DNA from: an uncultured virus (IMG/VR IMGVR_UViG_3300044694_000062)
Taxonomy: Duplodnaviria; Heunggongvirae; Uroviricota; Caudoviricetes
Virus record (IMG/VR): IMGVR_UViG_3300044694_000062
Coordinates: 51,552 to 71,551 of that record
Direction: 5' to 3' (one strand)
Length of the DNA: 20,000 bases
A model generated the notes under the pieces. That model made no database searches. It was not told where the DNA came from and saw only the letters and a program-made list of their open reading frames with translations. Both the position numbers and the translations under genes were made by a program. Positions 14,899 through 20,000 of this stretch are shown here, piece by piece. Numbering within the stretch: the stretch's first letter is position 1; each line of letters starts with the position of its first letter.

Positions 14899-16439
14899 TA
14901 CTTGATGCAGACCAGGAGGGCGATGTTGCGCGGGCGGGCCTCGGTGCCGCCGTTGGCGTCGATCGACAGCGTGTGGTTGTGGTCGCCCGTCGTCGACGTG
15001 GTGATCGAGTGGCTATGGCTGCCGGCCGTGTTCGTGGTAATCGAGTGCGAGTGACCGCCTGCCGCGCCGGTGGTGCTGGCTGTTGGCGTGGCGCTGTAAC
15101 GTCCGTCCGAGTTGCCGGACTGGATACCGCCAGACTGGATCGCCGAGAAGCTGTGCGTGTGGTCGCCGATCGCGCTCGTCGAGCCAGAGTGCGCGTGGTC
15201 GCCGGCGGCTGACGTCGAGCCGGTGTGCGAGTGGCTGCCAGCGGTTGCGCTCGTGCCCGTGTGCGAGTGCGACAGGTTCTGACTCGACTCGAAGGTGCCA
15301 AGCAAGCGCCCGGGGTCGACGCCGCGGCCATCATCGAGGCCGCGCAGGAACTCGCCACGCAGGTCCGGCAGTGCGAACGTCGTGCTGCCATCGCCGGCGC
15401 CGAACGTGGTGCCGATCGCTGCGAACAGGGTCGCATAGGCCGTGCGCGACACCAGCGCACCGTTGGCCTTCAGCCAGCCGGTAGGCGGCGCGAGCATTGC
15501 GAAGTGAGCAACCATGCCGGCGGGCGCCTTCTGGTCGGTTTCCGCTTTGCTGTAGATGTCGAGGTTCGTGCGCGCAGCAGCCTTGTCGAGCACGTCCGAC
15601 AGGTTCTTGGACTGGTCCAGCGGCACGGTCAACGTGCTGGCGGGCTCGTTCTGCAGGAACACCACTTCGGTGCCGACAGGGTACTGGGTTCCCAACACGA
15701 CCTGCGTGCCGCTCGGCGTGCCGGTCTGCCAACCGCCGGCGCCGGCGCGCTTCGGGATCAGCGCGCCGCCGACGTGCACCGACAGACCATCGGTGGTGCA
15801 CGTCGCCAGGTTGAAGGTCATCTGGCCGGCCGCGATGGTCTGGATTTCCTGCACCACCTGCACGATGACGTTCACGTCAGTGACGTCCGCCCATTCGGTG
15901 TCGCCGTCGGCGTTGCTCTTTTTCCGCAGCACCTGGTGCGTGGTGCCACCGGGCAGCAAGAAAGGCACCGTGATGTTGTTCGTCACCCAGGCGCGCGAGG
16001 CGACCGCGACGTTGGGGTCGACCATCACCGTGATGACGCCGGCGTTCTGCACCAGGATCTCGGCGCGGATCGCCAGGTCGCTGGTGGCCCCATCGGTCGG
16101 CAGCGTCTTGTAGGTGTCCGGGTAGTTGCCGACGGCGAACAGGTTGCCGTGATCATCGTAGATGCCGAACTCTCGGATCGTCCACCCGCCCACCGTCGAC
16201 GGGATGATCATCTCGACGTAGTAGTCGGTCGGCTCTGCCGGGTCTTGCTCGACGGTGTTGACGGCCGCTCGATAGACCTCGTGCACCAGCGACGTCATGC
16301 TCTGGCTCGGCGTGACGTCGACGCCATTGCCATCTCCGACCGCGACCTGCGTCAGGTTGATCGGCGTGCCGGATGAAATGGCGGCCGCGATCGCAGCCAG
16401 GCCGTAGTTGGTGTAGATGACGCGATAGAGGGTAGACAT
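14895..16439 (-). CDS. Tail fibre protein (P2 gpH-like N-terminus, collar, HxH needle)
   Basis: N-terminal TNYG...VAVGDGNG...GGWTIREFGIYD..GNLFAVGNYP.TYK, NLSDV.DKAAARTNL, a collar domain, seven HxH repeats and a terminal EARPRNIALLVCIKY. Confidence 0.92.
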   Translation of the reverse strand: MSTLYRVIYTNYGLAAIAAAISSGTPINLTQVAVGDGNGVDVTPSQSMTSLVHEVYRAAVNTVEQDPAEPTDYYVEMIIPSTVGGWTIREFGIYDDHGNLFAVGNYPDTYKTLPTDGATSDLAIRAEILVQNAGVITVMVDPNVAVASRAWVTNNITVPFLLPGGTTHQVLRKKSNADGDTEWADVTDVNVIVQVVQEIQTIAAGQMTFNLATCTTDGLSVHVGGALIPKRAGAGGWQTGTPSGTQVVLGTQYPVGTEVVFLQNEPASTLTVPLDQSKNLSDVLDKAAARTNLDIYSKAETDQKAPAGMVAHFAMLAPPTGWLKANGALVSRTAYATLFAAIGTTFGAGDGSTTFALPDLRGEFLRGLDDGRGVDPGRLLGTFESSQNLSHSHTGTSATAGSHSHTGSTSAAGDHAHSGSTSAIGDHTHSFSAIQSGGIQSGNSDGRYSATPTASTTGAAGGHSHSITTNTAGSHSHSITTSTTGDHNHTLSIDANGGTEARPRNIALLVCIKY

Positions 16440-16462
16440 GGCGCCTTGCTGTTATCCGTTGA

Positions 16463-16478
16463 ATGGTTGCATCACGGC
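16463..16478 (-). promoter_or_regulatory. Candidate late-promoter motif, copy 3
   Basis: GCCGTGATGC-AACCAT, ending 23 nt before the tail fibre ATG and overlapping the upstream stop codon. Confidence 0.5.
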
Positions 16479-17410
16479 GGGTAGTTGATCACGCCGTTGA
16501 AATACTGCGACCCGTCGAAGACCCAGGAGCCGTCGTAGAGCAGCGCGTTGCTGTTCGGGATGTTGACGTTCATGCCGGTCTTAAGCACGGCCGCAGGGTA
16601 GGTGTAGAGCGAGTTCTTACGGACGTACTTGAGTTGCCGAAGATGGGTGCCGGAATCGCGCATCACCTCGATGAGGTTACGCACGACAGAATCCTCTGTT
16701 GAACCCATCGGCACGTCCACGGTCGATTCCACCGTGACATCGAACAAGCCATAACTTTTCGTGCCGTTGGCGGCCGTCGTGTAGGTGGTCACGTCGTCGA
16801 CACGAGTCGAGTCGGCCTGCACAGCAACACGGATCGCTTCAGCGATCGAGACGTTGTTGCCGCGCGCGCGCACCACCTCCGCAACGATGCGCGCCGCGTA
16901 GGCCGCATCGAGCTCGCCCTGGTTGCGCTGCACGTTGTAGTAGTCGCCATGGAAATCCACCCACTCGCCTTCCGCGGTCGACGCCGCCATCTGCAGCAGG
17001 CCCTCCTGGATCGCCAAGCCGATCAGCGTGAGCTCGTTGGCGATCGCATCCATGTAGGTCCACAGAACCGAGGTGTACCCGTAGATGTGATCTCCGTTCG
17101 ACGCGCCCTGGTCGCCGCTTCCGTCGAGCAACACCATGGCCGAGCGCGATGCGAGAGAAGACGTGTCCTGGTAAGGGACCGTGTAGCCCTGCTGCTGCGC
17201 CAGGTAAGCGCACAGCGAGGAGATCGTGTAGTTGCTCAGATTCACCTGCAACGGCGTGCCGCTGCCGCCCGTCACGCTGGTGGTGAGCACGCCATCGGCC
17301 ACCGTCCAAGTCATCGCGCCGTCGTAGTTGAGGCGCAGCGCCAGCACCTGCTCAGGGTCTTTCTTGAAGACCCGATTCAGGTACCCGATGAGCGTGGTGG
17401 TCAGCTTCAT
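16472..17410 (-). CDS. Baseplate wedge / tail protein (gpI-like position)
   Basis: Lies between baseplate J and the fibre. Contains AEGEWVDFHGDYYNVQR..GE.D..YAARI and a terminal YDGSWVFDGSQYFNG. Confidence 0.72.
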   Translation of the reverse strand: MKLTTTLIGYLNRVFKKDPEQVLALRLNYDGAMTWTVADGVLTTSVTGGSGTPLQVNLSNYTISSLCAYLAQQQGYTVPYQDTSSLASRSAMVLLDGSGDQGASNGDHIYGYTSVLWTYMDAIANELTLIGLAIQEGLLQMAASTAEGEWVDFHGDYYNVQRNQGELDAAYAARIVAEVVRARGNNVSIAEAIRVAVQADSTRVDDVTTYTTAANGTKSYGLFDVTVESTVDVPMGSTEDSVVRNLIEVMRDSGTHLRQLKYVRKNSLYTYPAAVLKTGMNVNIPNSNALLYDGSWVFDGSQYFNGVINYPP

Positions 17411-18531
17411 GAGAGGGTCACCGTGCCTGCAATGGCTTTTTCGTTCACTGCGCAGGTGACGTCGGCATTTGGCGTCGCGAGCACCACGTTGTAGACGCCA
17501 GGGATGTCGCGCATGATGATTGCGATGAGTTCGGCCAGCACCACGGTAGCGCCGACGTCGAGGCCCTGGATGTAGGCCTTCACAGCGGCCGCTGCCGATC
17601 CCACGGTGCTGTCGTGGTCGACACCGGTATCCAGCGTCAGCGTGCCGGTGACATTGATCACCTTGTCGTTCGCGGCCGACACCACGACATTGACGCCAGC
17701 GGCCTTCCAGCCAGGGATGGCGTTGGCCGCGGCATCGTAGTAGCCGTTGACGACGTTCTGAGCCGCTGCCACCAACTGGCCCGAGGTGGCGCTGGCGCCG
17801 TTGTGGATATAGACGTCGACCAACGCCACCGGCTGCGTGTTGTCGCTCACGTAGGGCTCATAGACCTTGGCATAGGCCACGTACTCGGTGATCGTGCCGT
17901 TCGCGTCGGTCAGGTTCGCCGACTTCGCGCCGTACTCGATCGCCGAGTTTGTGCCGCGCGAGAGCGTGCTGACGTAGCTCTGGAAGCGGGTCTTGCGCTC
18001 GTCGTCGGTTTCCTGGTCGCGGCCGTTGATGAATGGGTTGGGGTTGGTCACCGACGCGACACCAGAGACCGGCGTGCTCATCTCGGTGATCGTGCTGGAG
18101 TCGGTGTTGCCAGCGACACCTGGTGTTTGCGCGGCCACCAGCACGTCCACATAGGATGCGCCGACGTTGATCGTCGCAGTGGCCTGCGTCGCGTAGCTCT
18201 GCGACGTCCCCGGCACTTTCACCACCGAACCCGCCGGCACCGTGATCGTCGAGGTTGCCAGCGGGCCGCCGGTCGAGAAACGAACGATGCCGGATGCGGC
18301 TTCGGCCGGGATCTGGTTGAAACCGAACGTGGTGAACACCGAGACGGGGATGGCCTCTTGCAGGCCGATCACCAGGTTCTGGTACAGCTGGTCCATCTCG
18401 GCGGCCGGCGCTTCGATCATCGTGCGCGCCACGCTGCCGACGTTGAAATCGGTGATCTTGCTGGTCGCGGACTTCACCCAGTTGATGCAACCAGCGACGA
18501 TCGATGCGAAATCCTTGATCTGAAATGCCAT
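17407..18531 (-). CDS. Baseplate J/gp47-family protein
   Basis: TDFNVGSVARTMIEA, AASGIVRF, GVAGN and VTNPNPFINGRDQETDDERKTRF...LSRGT motifs. Confidence 0.92.
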   Translation of the reverse strand: MAFQIKDFASIVAGCINWVKSATSKITDFNVGSVARTMIEAPAAEMDQLYQNLVIGLQEAIPVSVFTTFGFNQIPAEAASGIVRFSTGGPLATSTITVPAGSVVKVPGTSQSYATQATATINVGASYVDVLVAAQTPGVAGNTDSSTITEMSTPVSGVASVTNPNPFINGRDQETDDERKTRFQSYVSTLSRGTNSAIEYGAKSANLTDANGTITEYVAYAKVYEPYVSDNTQPVALVDVYIHNGASATSGQLVAAAQNVVNGYYDAAANAIPGWKAAGVNVVVSAANDKVINVTGTLTLDTGVDHDSTVGSAAAAVKAYIQGLDVGATVVLAELIAIIMRDIPGVYNVVLATPNADVTCAVNEKAIAGTVTLS

Positions 18532-18538
18532 GGCGGTC

Positions 18539-19168
18539 CTAGAGGGTTGCGGTGACGCTGATCACGCGCCCGCTGATCGGTTGCACCTCGACGCTGACGT
18601 TGATGGCGTCGCCGGAGATGTCGGCCACGGCCTGGTTCACCTGCTTGACGCGGGGATCCGCCTGCACGGCAGACTTCGCGTACTGGGCCGCCAGCAGGCC
18701 CGCCGTTGGCCCATTGACGGTGCCCTGCAGGCGCCGCACACGCGACCCGTAGTCGGTGTGATAGATCAGTTCTCCACGGTCGGTGCTGACGCGGTTCGAC
18801 AGCGCCTGGTTCAGGTTGTCCACACCGGACGCCACCGCGAAGTCTCCGTTGTCGTCGACCGATAGCCCGCCATACGGGTCGAGCTGAATGTCGCTCAGGA
18901 AGACCTCGGTGGGGTCTGTCGTCGTGGTGGCGACAGGTTGCGGCGCCGGAACCTTGAGCGAGCCACCCGACAGCAGCACTCCGGCCGAGGCCTGCGTCGG
19001 ATCGTCTGTGATGTACGGCGGCACCAGGCCGTTGAGGGCGATCAGCTGGTACCAGAGCGCAGCATCGCCAAGTTCGCGCGCAGCGATCACCTGCAGCGAG
19101 TCGCCCTGCTGGATCTCGACGAAGCGAAAGCCGTAGAGAGGCTTCTGGTAGGCCTGTTGCGTGCTCAT
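18539..19168 (-). CDS. LysM + gpW/gp25-like baseplate protein (fusion)
   Basis: N-terminal IQQGDSLQVIAARELGDAALWYQLIALNGL...G.SLKVP (LysM). C-terminal SGVDNLNQALSNRVSTDRGELIYHTDYGS...ADPRV (gp25-like). Confidence 0.82.
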   Translation of the reverse strand: MSTQQAYQKPLYGFRFVEIQQGDSLQVIAARELGDAALWYQLIALNGLVPPYITDDPTQASAGVLLSGGSLKVPAPQPVATTTTDPTEVFLSDIQLDPYGGLSVDDNGDFAVASGVDNLNQALSNRVSTDRGELIYHTDYGSRVRRLQGTVNGPTAGLLAAQYAKSAVQADPRVKQVNQAVADISGDAINVSVEVQPISGRVISVTATL

Positions 19169-20000
19169 GCGCTCACCGTGAAGCCGGATTGAATGACCGA
19201 GAGCGAAGCCTGGATCGACGATTGCGACAGGGGAGCCTGCACCACGTCATTCGACGCTAGCGTCTGCATGGTGTTGCGCGCGCTGTCGGAAAGCGTCACC
19301 GGCAGCGCCTGGCTGGTCGGCGAGTAGAGGTAGAACGGGTTCACGCCCGACAGCGGACTGAGCGGGCGGCCGCCGCTGGTGCTGGAGCAATTCGAGGAGC
19401 CGAACAGCGGATCGTAGTCGGGGTAATACTGCTGCTGCAGCAGCGCGTTCCCGAGCACGCAGAAGATGTTGCTGAAGGCTCCAGCCACCTCCATCAGGCG
19501 CGCCTTGACCTGACTGCTCGCGCTCTCAGCAGCCGCCAGCGTGCGGAACACGTTCAGGCCAGCCTGTGCCGTCATGCGCGCAGCAGCGATCAGCTGGCTC
19601 GCGATCTGGTCGTTGTTCTCCACCGCGGTGTTCACCGCGTTGTAGAGCGCCACCGACTGCTGCAGGTAGTAGCGCGCCGGCGCCACCAGCGTGCTGGCGA
19701 TGTAGTTCTGGATGTCCTGCTGGTAAGACGTCAGCTGGCTGATCGAGGCCACCATGCTGTCGAGGCCGGCCGACTGCAGCGCCTGCTTGTCCGAGGTGGG
19801 GTCGGGGCTATTGAAGGTCAGGTAGTCGAGCGCGTCGATGTCATCGGACAGGACGGTCAGAGCGATCTGGAACTGGAACAGCAGCGGACGCGACTTCGAG
19901 CGGCGCAGCGCGAAACTCATCGGCGCGACCACCGAGACGATGCTGTCGAGCGAATCCGCATAGACCAGCTTCACCAGGTCCGGGTTCTTGCCTGCCTTCA
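19165..20000 (-). CDS. Phage structural (baseplate/tail-associated) protein, 5'-truncated by the window edge
   Basis: The frame stays open beyond 19974 to the window end (KAGKNPDLVKLVYAD...) and is ATGA-coupled to the LysM-gp25 gene. Function is inferred from position. Confidence 0.65.
   Translation of the reverse strand, partial: KAGKNPDLVKLVYADSLDSIVSVVAPMSFALRRSKSRPLLFQFQIALTVLSDDIDALDYLTFNSPDPTSDKQALQSAGLDSMVASISQLTSYQQDIQNYIASTLVAPARYYLQQSVALYNAVNTAVENNDQIASQLIAAARMTAQAGLNVFRTLAAAESASSQVKARLMEVAGAFSNIFCVLGNALLQQQYYPDYDPLFGSSNCSSTSGGRPLSPLSGVNPFYLYSPTSQALPVTLSDSARNTMQTLASNDVVQAPLSQSSIQASLSVIQSGFTVSA

Larger units (their letters stand above)
1..20000. mobile_element. Temperate myovirus-like phage/prophage segment spanning the whole window
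   Basis: Integrase, early DNA metabolism genes, a lysis cassette and contractile-tail baseplate/fibre genes; no recognisable host housekeeping genes. Confidence 0.93.

Noticed and set aside
14420..15419. Diversity-generating retroelement TR/VR pair (the three core mismatches are A versus G on the + strand)
   Set aside because: There is no reverse transcriptase in the window. On the coding strand the differences are T/C, mostly synonymous, and flanking mismatches are not adenine-specific. Both copies lie within conserved collar domains.
13892..20000. Tailocin or extracellular contractile injection system rather than a phage
   Set aside because: The tail genes are contiguous with an integrase, helicase, homing endonuclease and other phage early genes. 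Head genes are probably outside the window, which cannot be confirmed here.

Overview
A continuous segment of a high-GC temperate myovirus-like phage or prophage. The likely host is a Betaproteobacterium (inference). The + strand left part (1-7941) holds early/accessory genes: a putative recombination protein (partial), a small Xis/AlpA-like HTH gene missed by the ORF track, a RecD/Dda-like helicase, a GIY-YIG/NUMOD homing endonuclease, a MazG-like NTP pyrophosphohydrolase, a tyrosine integrase and a DUF6011 zinc-finger protein. A complete tRNA-Leu(CAA) lies on the - strand, divergent from the integrase. The - strand right part (7938-20000) holds late genes: baseplate (LysM-gp25 fusion, gpJ-like, wedge), a tail fibre with its chaperone, a second collar protein, a five-gene lysis cassette, and a 1265-aa multi-domain tailspike-like gene placed after the lysis cassette. 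Most notable observations: (i) a 16-bp motif, GYCGTGAYGY-NANNNT, 23-27 nt upstream of three late genes, a candidate phage-specific late promoter; (ii) a whole tRNA plus a lox/dif-like inverted repeat beside the integrase, with phage genes on both sides; (iii) an apparent +1 insertion compensated by a 26-bp tandem duplication; (iv) a hidden HTH gene with a probable CTG start and a perfect palindrome; (v) a 45-bp direct repeat linking two tail-collar genes. Protein calls come from motif recognition only; no searches were run.
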